In this document: one piece after another, positions 32,344 through 41,589 of the stretch
Layout of the letters: each line of letters begins with the position of its first letter
Position numbering within the stretch: position 1 is the first letter of the stretch
Assembly (NCBI GenBank): GCA_050329975.1
Contig: JBHJOG010000289.1
Location: 1 to 55,895 of the forward strand
Source of the DNA: Alphaproteobacteria bacterium
GTDB lineage: Bacteria > Pseudomonadota > Alphaproteobacteria > CALKHQ01
Length of the DNA stretch: 55,895 nucleotides
Direction: 5' to 3'
Program-made: the position numbers and the translations under genes
The notes under the pieces: generated by a model
Told to the model about the DNA's origin: nothing
The model's database searches: none
The model's input: only the letters and a program-made list of their open reading frames with translations

Positions 32344-34234
32344 GCTGCGCCGCAAGCCGCGCGGCGGCGCGGAGCGGGTGATGGCCGGCTTCCGCCGCGA
32401 TGAAGAGCGGCTGCGCGGCTTCACCCGCCGAGCTCTGGTCCTCGGCGGCACCCAGGTTGGCCTGTTCGGCCTGCTCGGCGCCCGGATGTACGACCTGCAG
32501 GTGCTGCAGGCCGACACCTATGCGCTGCTGGCCGAGGACAACCGGGTGAACATGCGGCTGATCCCGCCTCCGCGCGGGGAGATCTTCGACCGGATCGGCG
32601 AGCCGGTCGCGATCAACGAGCTCAACTACCGGGTGCAGATCGTGCCCGAGCAGGCAGGCGAAGTCGCTGACCTGCTGCACCGTCTGGCGGCGATCGTGCC
32701 CCTGACGCCGGACCAGATCGAGCGCATCCTGGACGATGTCGGCCGTAGGCGCTCGTTCCTGCCGGTGGTGGTGGCGGAGAACCTGAACTGGACCCAGGTC
32801 GCCAGCATCGAGCTGAATGCGCCGGATCTGCCGGGGGTTTCCATCGACTTCGGCTATCGCCGGATCTATCCCGCCGGCCTGGCCCTCGGCCATCTCACCG
32901 GCTATGTCGCGCCGCCGCGCGAAGAGGACCTGAACGGCGACCCGTTGCTGGAGCTGCCCGACTTCCGTATGGGTCGCAACGGCCTGGAGCGCCGCTACGA
33001 CGAGGATCTGCGCGGTCGTGCCGGCGTCAGCCAAGTCGAGGTCAATGCGCTCGGACGGGTGATCCGTGAGCTGTCGCGCGAGGAAGGCCAGCCGGGACGC
33101 GACCTCCGGCTCACCGTAGACACGGTGTTGCAGGCGAATACAGCGGCACTCTTCGGCGAGGAGAGCGGCTCGGCGATCGTCATGGATGTGCACAGCGGCG
33201 ATGTGCTCGCCATGGTCTCGACTCCGGGTTATGACCCTAATGCCTTCATCGGCGGAATCTCGACGACCGCCTGGAACGACTTGGTCAACAACCCGCGCGC
33301 CCCCCTGCGCGACAAGTCGATCGCCGGCACCTACTCGCCCGGGTCGACCTTCAAGATGGTGGTGGCGCTGGCGGCGCTCGATGCGGGCATCATCGACTCC
33401 CAGACCGAGGTCTATTGCCCCGGCTTCCTGGACTACGGACCGAACCGCTTTCACTGCTGGAAGCGCTTCGGGCATGGGAAGATGGATCTGACCCGGGCGA
33501 TCGAGCAGTCCTGCGACGTCTATTTCTACCAGACGGCGGTCGAGCTCGGGATCGACCGGCTCAGCGCCTATGCGCATCGCTACGGTCTGGGGGAGATCAC
33601 CGGAATTGATCTGGTCGGCGAGCGGGCGGGGCTTATTCCCACCAAAGGCTGGAAGGAGTCCACGCTCGGGAATCCCTGGATGCCGGGCGACACCATCAAT
33701 GCCGGCATCGGCCAGGGCTACGTCAACTGCACTCCGCTGCAGCTGGCGGTAATGACGGCACGCCTGGTCAATGGCGGCTTCGCGGTAACGCCGCGGCTGA
33801 CCAGGCCGCGGGAAGGCGAGCCGGTCGTCGTGGCGCCGAGGATGGATGTGCCGGATATCTGGCTCGAATGGTTGCGCCAAGCCATGAGCATGGTGGTCAA
33901 TTCGCCGACCGGCACCGCCTACGCCAACCGAATCGAGGACGAACGCTTTGCCATGGGCGGCAAGTCAGGAACGTCGCAGGTCCGGCGGATCTCGACCGCG
34001 GAGCGGGCCACCGGGGTGCTCAGCAACGAGGAGAGGCCCTGGCAGCACCGCGATCATGCGCTGTTCGTCGCATTCGCGCCGGTGCATGCGCCACGCTTCG
34101 TCTGCAGCGTGGTCGTCGAGCATGGCGGCGGCGGCTCGTCGAAGGCGGCGCCGATCGCCCGCGCGGCGCTGATCGACGTCCAGCGCCGGTTCGGCGCCTC
34201 CGACCTGGCTGACGCCGGGCCGATCCTTCGCTAG
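32336..34234 (+). CDS. mrdA: Penicillin-binding protein 2
   Basis: PPRGEIFDR, STFK (SxxK), SCD, KSGT motifs. Confidence 0.96.
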   Translation: MFRLRRKPRGGAERVMAGFRRDEERLRGFTRRALVLGGTQVGLFGLLGARMYDLQVLQADTYALLAEDNRVNMRLIPPPRGEIFDRIGEPVAINELNYRVQIVPEQAGEVADLLHRLAAIVPLTPDQIERILDDVGRRRSFLPVVVAENLNWTQVASIELNAPDLPGVSIDFGYRRIYPAGLALGHLTGYVAPPREEDLNGDPLLELPDFRMGRNGLERRYDEDLRGRAGVSQVEVNALGRVIRELSREEGQPGRDLRLTVDTVLQANTAALFGEESGSAIVMDVHSGDVLAMVSTPGYDPNAFIGGISTTAWNDLVNNPRAPLRDKSIAGTYSPGSTFKMVVALAALDAGIIDSQTEVYCPGFLDYGPNRFHCWKRFGHGKMDLTRAIEQSCDVYFYQTAVELGIDRLSAYAHRYGLGEITGIDLVGERAGLIPTKGWKESTLGNPWMPGDTINAGIGQGYVNCTPLQLAVMTARLVNGGFAVTPRLTRPREGEPVVVAPRMDVPDIWLEWLRQAMSMVVNSPTGTAYANRIEDERFAMGGKSGTSQVRRISTAERATGVLSNEERPWQHRDHALFVAFAPVHAPRFVCSVVVEHGGGGSSKAAPIARAALIDVQRRFGASDLADAGPILR

Positions 34235-34244
34235 GGATCCGGCA

Positions 34245-35393
34245 ATGGCGCTGCTGTCCTCTGCTCCGGCCAACGACTACCAGACGCTGACCCAGCGTCT
34301 GCTCGGCATCAACTGGCTGCTGCTGGCCTTGGTGACCGGACTCGCCCTCACCGGAATCGCGATGCTCTATTCGGCTGGCGAGGGCTTCGATCCTTGGGCC
34401 TCGCGCCAAGCCATGCGCTATGCCGTATGCGTGCTGATCATGCTGGCCGTGGCGGTGATCGACCTGCGGCTGGTACTCAAGCTGGCCTATCTGATCTATT
34501 TCATTACGCTTGCGCTGCTGATCGGCGTCGAGGCGATGGGCAGCATCGGGATGGGCGCCCAGCGCTGGATCGATCTGGGGCTGATCCGCATCCAGCCTTC
34601 GGAGCTGATGAAGATCGCTCTGGTGCTTGCGCTCGCCCGCTATTTTCACGGCTGCACCCACCTCGACCTCGGCAAGCTGACGATGATGGTCCCGCCGCTG
34701 CTGCTGGCGGCCGTGCCGATCGCACTGGTCCTGAAGCAGCCCGACCTCGGCACCGCGGGCATGCTCGGCCTGGGTGCGGCCATGGTCTTCTTCGTGGCCG
34801 GTGTGCGCCTCTGGATGTTCGGCATCGCCGTTGCCGCGTTCGCCGCCACCGCGCCGGTGGCCTGGACCCTGCTCCACGAGTATCAGCGCCAGCGCGTCCT
34901 GACCTTCCTCGAGCCGGAGCTCGACCCGCTCGGCAGCGGCTACCACATCCTGCAGTCGCAGATTGCACTGGGTTCCGGGGGCCTGTTCGGCCGCGGGTTC
35001 ATGCAGGGTACGCAGAGTCATCTGAGCTTCCTGCCCGAGAAGCAGACCGACTTCGTCTTCACCATGCTGGCCGAGGAGTTCGGCCTAGTCGGCGGTCTCA
35101 CGCTGATCGCATTGTACATGATGGTCATTGCCTTCTGCGTCGCGATCGCGATGCGGGCCCACAACCAGTTCGGCCGGATCCTGGCGCTCGGAATCGCCTC
35201 GACCCTGTTCCTCTATGTGTTCATCAACATCGCCATGGTGATGGGGCTGCTGCCGGTCGTCGGCATCCCGCTGCCGCTGATCTCCTATGGCGGCACCGCG
35301 ATGATGACGGTCATGGTCGGGATCGGGCTGGTGATGAACGTGTACATCAACCGCGACCTGCGGATCGGCCGGCGGCACGACGAGCAGGATTGA
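34245..35393 (+). CDS. rodA: SEDS glycosyltransferase RodA
   Basis: GAQRWI, IQPSE, QPDLGT, LPEKQTDF, GIPLPLISYGG. Confidence 0.97.
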   Translation: MALLSSAPANDYQTLTQRLLGINWLLLALVTGLALTGIAMLYSAGEGFDPWASRQAMRYAVCVLIMLAVAVIDLRLVLKLAYLIYFITLALLIGVEAMGSIGMGAQRWIDLGLIRIQPSELMKIALVLALARYFHGCTHLDLGKLTMMVPPLLLAAVPIALVLKQPDLGTAGMLGLGAAMVFFVAGVRLWMFGIAVAAFAATAPVAWTLLHEYQRQRVLTFLEPELDPLGSGYHILQSQIALGSGGLFGRGFMQGTQSHLSFLPEKQTDFVFTMLAEEFGLVGGLTLIALYMMVIAFCVAIAMRAHNQFGRILALGIASTLFLYVFINIAMVMGLLPVVGIPLPLISYGGTAMMTVMVGIGLVMNVYINRDLRIGRRHDEQD

Positions 35394-35398
35394 CCGGT

Positions 35399-36859
35399 TC
35401 AGCCGGGCCGGCGGAGTGCGCCGGGGCCGACCGGGGCTGTCAGCGCGTCGCGCACCAGCAACCTGGCCCGGTCGATCGACTTCAGCGCTTCGACCAGCCG
35501 ACGACGGTCGGAACTCGAGAGGCTGCGCAGCAGGACGTGGTTGCCGGGCGGCAGGCCCGCGGCCTTGTCGGCCACCTGCTGGCGCAGGATCCGGGCCAAT
35601 ATATGGCCATGGGCGCGCATCAGCTCGTCGGCCGCATCCCGCTCGATCAGGCTCGCCTCGACGACTGCCTGCAGGCGCGCCGGCGTGGACGTCTGCGTCG
35701 AGCCGGCGGCGAGGGCCATCAGCCGAGCGGCCCCGGCAGCCGGCAGTACGCCGCCCAGCTTGGCGTCGAGTCGTCCGTTGCGCGGGTCGGTGCGCAGCCG
35801 GCCGAACAGGCCGAATGGCGACGCCAGTTCATCGAGCTGGTGGGCGAGCAGACGGAGGAACAGCGGCGCGGCCGCCGCGATTTCCAGGGCCGACCTGCGC
35901 AGGGATGTGGCCAGGTCGAAATCGCCATGCACCGGCTGGAAGTCGAAGAAGATGTCGACGTTCAGCAGGCTTTCGCCCTCGCTGCGTGTGATCCACCGGC
36001 CGATCTCGCGGCGCCAGCCGTCAGCGCTGCGCCGCCATTGCGGCTCGGAGGCCATGACGTGCCCCAGGCAATAGGGGACCCCGGCTGCATCCAGAAAGTC
36101 GGAAGCGAGGCGGCCGAATTCGGCGAACCACGGGTCGTCGCCGTCACCGCCCGCATGAACGATGGCGTTATCCTGGTCGGGCTTGAGCAGGCTCTCCCCG
36201 CGTCCCCCCGATCCCAGAATCAAGTAGGCGAAGGCGGCCGGCGCGGGCCCGAGGCCGCGGTCGGCCATCGCTGTTTCCGCGTGGCGGGCGGCGCGCGCGG
36301 TGGCGTCGCGGAACACGCCCGAGATGACGGCTGCGACCTCGTGACCGGTGCAGCCTTCCGCAAGCAGCGTCGCCGCCAGCCCCGGCAGCTCGCCGAGCGC
36401 GGTGGCGACCTGTTCCGCCGAGTCGGCGGCGCTGATCGCGTCCCCGATCGCCGGGGCGGCCGCGCTCTGCAGCCTGAGCAGGTCGCGCATGCTGGCCATG
36501 CCCACCATGGCGCCGCCGTCCAGCACCAGCAGGTGCCGGATCCCCAGCCGCTGCATCCGGCCGACGGCGACGTAGACGAAGGCCTCGGGCCCGATGGTGA
36601 TGACATCCGGCGTCATCGCGCTGGCAACCGACGTCGTATCGAAATCGGCGCCGGACGCGGCGCAGCGGACCAGGTCCCGCTCGGTGACGATGCCGCACGG
36701 CGCGCCGTCGGGGCCGGTGACGACAAGCGCGCTGATCCGCCGCTCGGCAAGCCGGACCGACGTCTGCCGCAAGGTTTCCGCGCGGCCGATGGTAGCCACC
36801 GGCGCAGCCATGACGTCCGCGACGCGATGGCGGTAGGCGAAGCTGTCGACCGGGCTCAT
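35399..36859 (-). CDS. CBS-pair + DUF294 putative nucleotidyltransferase
   Basis: GIVTERDL and GIRHLLV CBS motifs; LGSGGRGESLLKPDQDNAI NTase motif; GHVMASEPQW, DIFFDF. ATG 36859 overlaps the upstream stop (ATGA). Confidence 0.9.
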   Translation of the reverse strand: MSPVDSFAYRHRVADVMAAPVATIGRAETLRQTSVRLAERRISALVVTGPDGAPCGIVTERDLVRCAASGADFDTTSVASAMTPDVITIGPEAFVYVAVGRMQRLGIRHLLVLDGGAMVGMASMRDLLRLQSAAAPAIGDAISAADSAEQVATALGELPGLAATLLAEGCTGHEVAAVISGVFRDATARAARHAETAMADRGLGPAPAAFAYLILGSGGRGESLLKPDQDNAIVHAGGDGDDPWFAEFGRLASDFLDAAGVPYCLGHVMASEPQWRRSADGWRREIGRWITRSEGESLLNVDIFFDFQPVHGDFDLATSLRRSALEIAAAAPLFLRLLAHQLDELASPFGLFGRLRTDPRNGRLDAKLGGVLPAAGAARLMALAAGSTQTSTPARLQAVVEASLIERDAADELMRAHGHILARILRQQVADKAAGLPPGNHVLLRSLSSSDRRRLVEALKSIDRARLLVRDALTAPVGPGALRRPG

Positions 36860-38289
36860 GGCAGGGCCCAGCCCGCGGAGCGCTGGAGGGCGTACGCGCG
36901 GGTCGCGGTGCGGGAGAACGCGCGCGCCGCGCCGTAGCTCGTGATGCCGCGCTCGGCCAGCCGGGGCAGCAGCCGGGCATAGACCTCGCCTGCGATCAGG
37001 CAATCGCCCAATGCCGTGTGTCGGGCCGCAGCCGGCACGCCCCAGTCGGTGGCGATCGCTTCCAGGTTGAGATCCGTGCGTTGCGGCTCCAGGGCCGCGA
37101 CGAGCAGGACGGTATCCAACGCCGGCATCGTGGGCCAGCTGCGCCCGCAGCGCGCCGCCTCGCTGGCGAGGACGGCCAGGTCGAAACCGATGTTGTGGCC
37201 AACCATGGCGCAGCCGGCCAGCAGCCGCTCGATCTGGGGCAGGATGTCGCCGAATCCCGGCGCCGTCTCGACCATCGGGTCGGTGATGCCGTGAATGGCC
37301 GTGGAAGCGGCCGGGATCGGTGCTCCGGGATTGACCAGCTGGTCGATCGTCGTCCCGCGATAGAGCCGGCCCCCGTGCTGGCGGATCGCGCCGATGGAGA
37401 CGATGCGGCAGGTGCGCGGGTCCAGGCCGGTCGTCTCCAGGTCCAGCACCCAGGCCGACAGGGCGTCGAGCGGCGTCTCGTCGCTGACCGGCCGCGGTGT
37501 CGGCGGGGCCTCGTGCAGGCTGAGGTCGTGGAGCAGTGGCCCGGCCGCGCCGGCGGACGGGGCGTCGGCCGCGAACATCAGCAGGGCGCCGTGGCCGGGA
37601 CCGAGGTCGACGACCCGGGCGGTGACCAGGTGGCCCTCGGCATGACGCAGCGCGGCCCGGGCCGGCTGGCTCTGGGCGCGGGCCACCCGGCGGGCGGCGT
37701 CGAGGTCGCGGTCGTCGAGCGCGGCGTAGATGCTGGTCCCCGGTCGGGCCCGGTCGCCGCCCAGGATCGCCAGGCAGCCGGCATTGATCAGGCTGACGAC
37801 GCCGGTCTCCGTCACCGCGACCATCGGTTCCGGCACCGCGGCGACGAGGGCGGTCAGCCGAGCGTCGGGAGCCTGCGCAGTTTGGCGCCAAAGCTGCACC
37901 AGGCCGAACGCAGCATCGGCCAGCCGGCCGCCTTCGGCATCCTGGCGCCACGGCTCCACCGACGGGTCGACCCGCGCCCCGCTGCCGGCTTCCGCCCGCA
38001 TCATCACCAGTCGGCCGCGCAGCCGTTCCAGCCCACTGAAATGGTCGTCGACCAGCCCGAACAGAACCCAGAAGCCAGCGAGGGCGAGTGTGGCGCCGAC
38101 CCCGAGCAGGACAAGGCCATGCACCGGCCTGTCCCCGTCCAGCCAGGAGAGCAGCCCGGCCGCCGCGGCCAGTACGAAGGCGAGCGCGCAGCAGAGAATC
38201 GCGATCACCATCCCGCGCCTTGCCGACGGGCGCCGGTCCGGCAGCGGACCCGATGGCGACGAAGGCGCTGGGCGCGGGTGAATCGGCAT
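36856..38289 (-). CDS. Membrane-anchored PAS-like + DEDDh 3'-5' exonuclease
   Basis: Two N-terminal TM helices, PAS-like segment (VPEPMVAVTETGVVSLINA), VLDLETTGLD, GHNIGFD, RHTALGD. Confidence 0.88.
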   Translation of the reverse strand: MPIHPRPAPSSPSGPLPDRRPSARRGMVIAILCCALAFVLAAAAGLLSWLDGDRPVHGLVLLGVGATLALAGFWVLFGLVDDHFSGLERLRGRLVMMRAEAGSGARVDPSVEPWRQDAEGGRLADAAFGLVQLWRQTAQAPDARLTALVAAVPEPMVAVTETGVVSLINAGCLAILGGDRARPGTSIYAALDDRDLDAARRVARAQSQPARAALRHAEGHLVTARVVDLGPGHGALLMFAADAPSAGAAGPLLHDLSLHEAPPTPRPVSDETPLDALSAWVLDLETTGLDPRTCRIVSIGAIRQHGGRLYRGTTIDQLVNPGAPIPAASTAIHGITDPMVETAPGFGDILPQIERLLAGCAMVGHNIGFDLAVLASEAARCGRSWPTMPALDTVLLVAALEPQRTDLNLEAIATDWGVPAAARHTALGDCLIAGEVYARLLPRLAERGITSYGAARAFSRTATRAYALQRSAGWALP

Positions 38290-38375
38290 GAATGCATAGT
38301 ATATCAGGTGGAGACGGATTGGCGCGGCGCCTGCGATGTGGCAGGTGAGGGCGGGCTGCGGGACGAAGGACTCGA

Positions 38376-39152
38376 ATGACACGGATCACGGCACATCGCG
38401 GCGGCGCCGGCCTATGGGCGGAGAACAGCCTGGCTGCCTTCCGCAATGCGATCGGCCTGGCCGGGCTCGACGCGGTCGAACTCGACGTCCAGGCCTGCCG
38501 CGACGGCGCCCTTGTGGTGTTCCACGATCCGACTTTGGAGCGCACCTCGAGCGGCACAGGGCGCCTGCTCGATCACAGCTTTGCCGCCGTGCGCCAGTGC
38601 CGGCTGAAGGACACCGCCGCGGAGCCCCCGCCGACCCTGGACGAGGTGCTGGACGTGCTGACGCCGGCCTCGGTCGAGCTGAAGCTGGAGATCAAGGTGG
38701 CACCGGGCGCCGACGCGTCCGACATGGTTCGGCGCTGTGTCGAGGCGACCGACCGGTACGGCATGACGCTGCGCACCCTGTTCATGAGCTTCGATGCGCC
38801 GGCCATCGCCGTGCTGCGTCGGCTTGAGCCCAAGGTGCGGTTCTGTCAGCTCGCCTCTTGGGAGGACCAGGGCGAGGACGGGGCGATGATGCGGATCCTC
38901 GACGATGCGGCCGCGGCGGGCGCAGCGGCGATCGGGATCGACAACCGGCCGCCCGACGACCCGGCAGGACAGGTCGCCCTCCGCGCGCCACTGATCGCGC
39001 GAGCGCGGGCGGCAGGGCTGCGCGCGGGGGTGTGGACAGTCAACCGCCCGGAGGAGCTCCGCGCCTGGCTTGCCGACGGCGTCGTCGACGACGTCACTAC
39101 GGACTGGCCGGACCGGGCGCTCGCGCTGCGAGGCCGGTCCGGGACCCGCTGA
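38376..39152 (+). CDS. Glycerophosphodiester phosphodiesterase family protein
   Basis: AHRG, ENSLAAF, ELDV, FHDPTLERT, WTVN, TTDWP. Confidence 0.92.
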   Translation: MTRITAHRGGAGLWAENSLAAFRNAIGLAGLDAVELDVQACRDGALVVFHDPTLERTSSGTGRLLDHSFAAVRQCRLKDTAAEPPPTLDEVLDVLTPASVELKLEIKVAPGADASDMVRRCVEATDRYGMTLRTLFMSFDAPAIAVLRRLEPKVRFCQLASWEDQGEDGAMMRILDDAAAAGAAAIGIDNRPPDDPAGQVALRAPLIARARAAGLRAGVWTVNRPEELRAWLADGVVDDVTTDWPDRALALRGRSGTR

Positions 39153-40036
39153 TGCAGCTTCTGACCTACAACATCCAGTATTGCCTCGGCCGCGACGGCC
39201 GGTTCGACTGCCAGCGCATCGTCGACACCATTCGCGGCGCCGACGTGATCGCGCTGCAGGAGGTGGAGCGGTTCTGGACGCGCTCCCAGGACATGGACCA
39301 GGCTCGGCTGATCGCCGACGCGATGCCCGATTACTACTGGATGTTCGGCCCGACGATCGACGTGCTGAAGAGCGACGAAGCGCCCGCGCCAGGCCAGGTC
39401 GACAACCGCCGCCGCCAGTTCGGCAACATGGTGCTGTCGCGCTTCCCGATCCTGTCGTCGCGCAATCACCTGCTGCCGAAATACACCGACCCGCTGCGCT
39501 TCGCGATCCAGCGCGGCGTGCTGGAGGCGACGATCGCCACCTCCCACGGGCCGATCCGGGTGCTGTCCACCCATCTCTGCCACCTGTCCGAGACCCAGCG
39601 CCTGCGTCAGGTCGAGTCGATCCTCCAGATCCACACGCGGGCGCGCGCTGACGGCGCGGTCCACAGCGGCGAGCCGCCGGCGGCCTGGGGGGCCGAGCAG
39701 GTGACGCCGGTGAGGCCGCCCCGCTCGGCGGTCCTGATGGGCGATTTCAACATGCAGCCGCACTCGGCGGAATATGCCCGCCTGCTCGCCGATCCTCCGC
39801 CGGTCGAGGACGACCCGGAGCCGCCTGCCCGGTTTGTCGATGCCTGGATGCAGGCCGGCTGCGACCCTGCCCGAGGGGCGACCCTCTACAGCGACCCGCT
39901 TGCCCGCAAGGGCATCCGCATCGATTTCTGCTTCGTCACCGAGGACCTGGCGCCCCGGGTGCACACGGTCGAGGTCGACGAGGAGGCCGCAGGCTCCGAC
40001 CACCAGCCGGTGAAGGTCCGGCTCGCCCTGCCATAG
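39152..40036 (+). CDS. Endonuclease/exonuclease/phosphatase family protein
   Basis: TYNIQ, ALQEV, STHL, MGDFN, RIDFCF, GSDHQP; TGATG coupling to the upstream gene. Confidence 0.93.
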   Translation: MQLLTYNIQYCLGRDGRFDCQRIVDTIRGADVIALQEVERFWTRSQDMDQARLIADAMPDYYWMFGPTIDVLKSDEAPAPGQVDNRRRQFGNMVLSRFPILSSRNHLLPKYTDPLRFAIQRGVLEATIATSHGPIRVLSTHLCHLSETQRLRQVESILQIHTRARADGAVHSGEPPAAWGAEQVTPVRPPRSAVLMGDFNMQPHSAEYARLLADPPPVEDDPEPPARFVDAWMQAGCDPARGATLYSDPLARKGIRIDFCFVTEDLAPRVHTVEVDEEAAGSDHQPVKVRLALP

Positions 40037-40210
40037 GGCGGCCGTCTCCGGCTGTGACTGGCCGCACAGGGCGGCCGAAAAGCGAGTTGGACAATCCGTT
40101 AACCCAATCCCATTTGCGATCCAGGCCGGGATGAACGTCCGTGGCCCAAAGCACCGCCGGTCTCGCGCGAGCCCCGGACGGCCGCAAACCCCATGATCCG
40201 AGGTCGCGCG

Positions 40211-40321
40211 ATGCCCTTCGATGCCGTCTACGATCCCAGAAGCTATCGCACCCAAGGGCGGGACATTGTCAGCGGCCTGCTCGTCTATGTCCTGCTGCTG
40301 CTGGGCGCGGTCACCCTCTAG
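40211..40321 (+). CDS. Putative 36-aa single-pass membrane peptide (below ORF-track cutoff)
   Basis: MPFDAVYDPRSYRTQGRDIVSGLLVYVLLLLGAVTL*; GAGG 7 nt before ATG; mostly G/C-ending codons; sits in a ~350-bp gap. Confidence 0.55.
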   Translation: MPFDAVYDPRSYRTQGRDIVSGLLVYVLLLLGAVTL

Positions 40322-40383
40322 CCGGCTGGCGCGGCGGGGCAGTTCGCCCTAGAGTCTCAGCCTGCAAGCGAGCACGAGGACGC

Positions 40384-40773
40384 ATGCGCGCCGTAGCGAC
40401 CGTGACTGGAATTCACCCACCTTTCGCCAATTACAGCCACGCCGTGGAAGTACCGGCGGGGGCGCGGACCCTGTTCGTCTCCGGCCAACTCGGCATAGCG
40501 GCCGACGGCACCGTGCCTCCCGACGCGGCCGCCCAGGCCGAGCTGATCTTCCAGGCGATCGAGCGCATCCTGGCCGCATCGGATTTCTCGATGGCAGACC
40601 TGGTGCGCCTCAACGCCTATGTCGTCGACCGCGCCGACCTCGGGGCTTATATGACGGTCCGCGACCGCCATGTCGCGAGCCCGCCGCCGGCGAGCACGCT
40701 GCTGCTCGTCACCGGCTTCGCCCGGCCCGAGTTCCGGCTCGAAGTCGAGGCGGTGGCTGCGCGCCTCGCCTGA
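40384..40773 (+). CDS. Rid (YjgF/YER057c/UK114) family protein
   Basis: YSHAVEV, LFVSGQLG, PPPASTLL, RLEVEAVA; RBS GAGGA. Confidence 0.92.
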   Translation: MRAVATVTGIHPPFANYSHAVEVPAGARTLFVSGQLGIAADGTVPPDAAAQAELIFQAIERILAASDFSMADLVRLNAYVVDRADLGAYMTVRDRHVASPPPASTLLLVTGFARPEFRLEVEAVAARLA

Positions 40774-41484
40774 CTATCCGGCGACTCCGACGACCAGGGA
40801 CGCCTCGTAGCCGCCCGATGCTTCGGCGAGCGCATACACGCTCTCGTCGCCGGCGCCGCTGCGCGCCAGCACCCCGTCGTTGGCGTTCCATGTATCGCGA
40901 CCGGCCGCCCGCCGGTCGTAGGGCGCTGCCTCGGCGTAGATCCGGTCGCTGAGCGCGTCGGGGAAATAGGCCTGGGCGGTGACCAGCGTGTCGTCGGCGA
41001 GGAACACCTTGAAATGAATGTGCGTCGTCCGCCCGCGGTACCAGCCGGGATAGATGGTCTGGAAGCGGGCCACCCCGCCGCCGTCGGCGAACTGCGTCCC
41101 GCGCAGGAACGTCGCGCCCTCGGTCGAGGTCCGGCCGTCGCCCTGGCCGCGATAACCCGAATAGGCGCCGGTGGCGTCGCAATGCCAGACGTCGACCCGC
41201 ACCCCGGGCAGCGGCCGGCAGTCCACGCCGACGACCTGCATCGCCAGCGCCAGCGGCACCCCGGCGCGGTCCTCGCGGATGTCGGCCCGTTCCAGCGCCG
41301 GATCGAAGTAGAACGGCCCCTCGGTGGCCTGGGGGATCACCGTGCACACCGCCTGCGCGATCAGCACCGGTGGCTCGGCTGCCCGGGCGAACAGGGGGCC
41401 GGCAAGCGGCAGGCCGGCGACGCCGGCAAGTCCCGCCAGCACCCGCCGTCGCGTCGGCGTGGCGGGCGATGGGGTGGTGGTCAT
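40774..41484 (-). CDS. Intradiol ring-cleavage dioxygenase-like protein, Tat signal
   Basis: TRRRVLAG; TEGPFY, WHCDATGAYSG, FLRGTQ, IYPGWYRGRTTHIH. Confidence 0.88.
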   Translation of the reverse strand: MTTTPSPATPTRRRVLAGLAGVAGLPLAGPLFARAAEPPVLIAQAVCTVIPQATEGPFYFDPALERADIREDRAGVPLALAMQVVGVDCRPLPGVRVDVWHCDATGAYSGYRGQGDGRTSTEGATFLRGTQFADGGGVARFQTIYPGWYRGRTTHIHFKVFLADDTLVTAQAYFPDALSDRIYAEAAPYDRRAAGRDTWNANDGVLARSGAGDESVYALAEASGGYEASLVVGVAG

Positions 41485-41589
41485 ATGGCTGTCCTTCGTC
41501 AGGGCTGTTCCTTCCGCGGCTCTCGGCCGCGTCATGATGTGGAACGCAGCGGCGTGGCAAACCCTACGCCCTGACGCCGCTTCCCGGGA

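Noticed and set aside
35399-38557. 1052-aa ORF suggesting one giant protein
   Set aside because: The first ~566 aa are an Arg/Pro/Gly-rich off-frame shadow of the exonuclease gene; recognisable domains start at ATG 36859 with an ATGA overlap.
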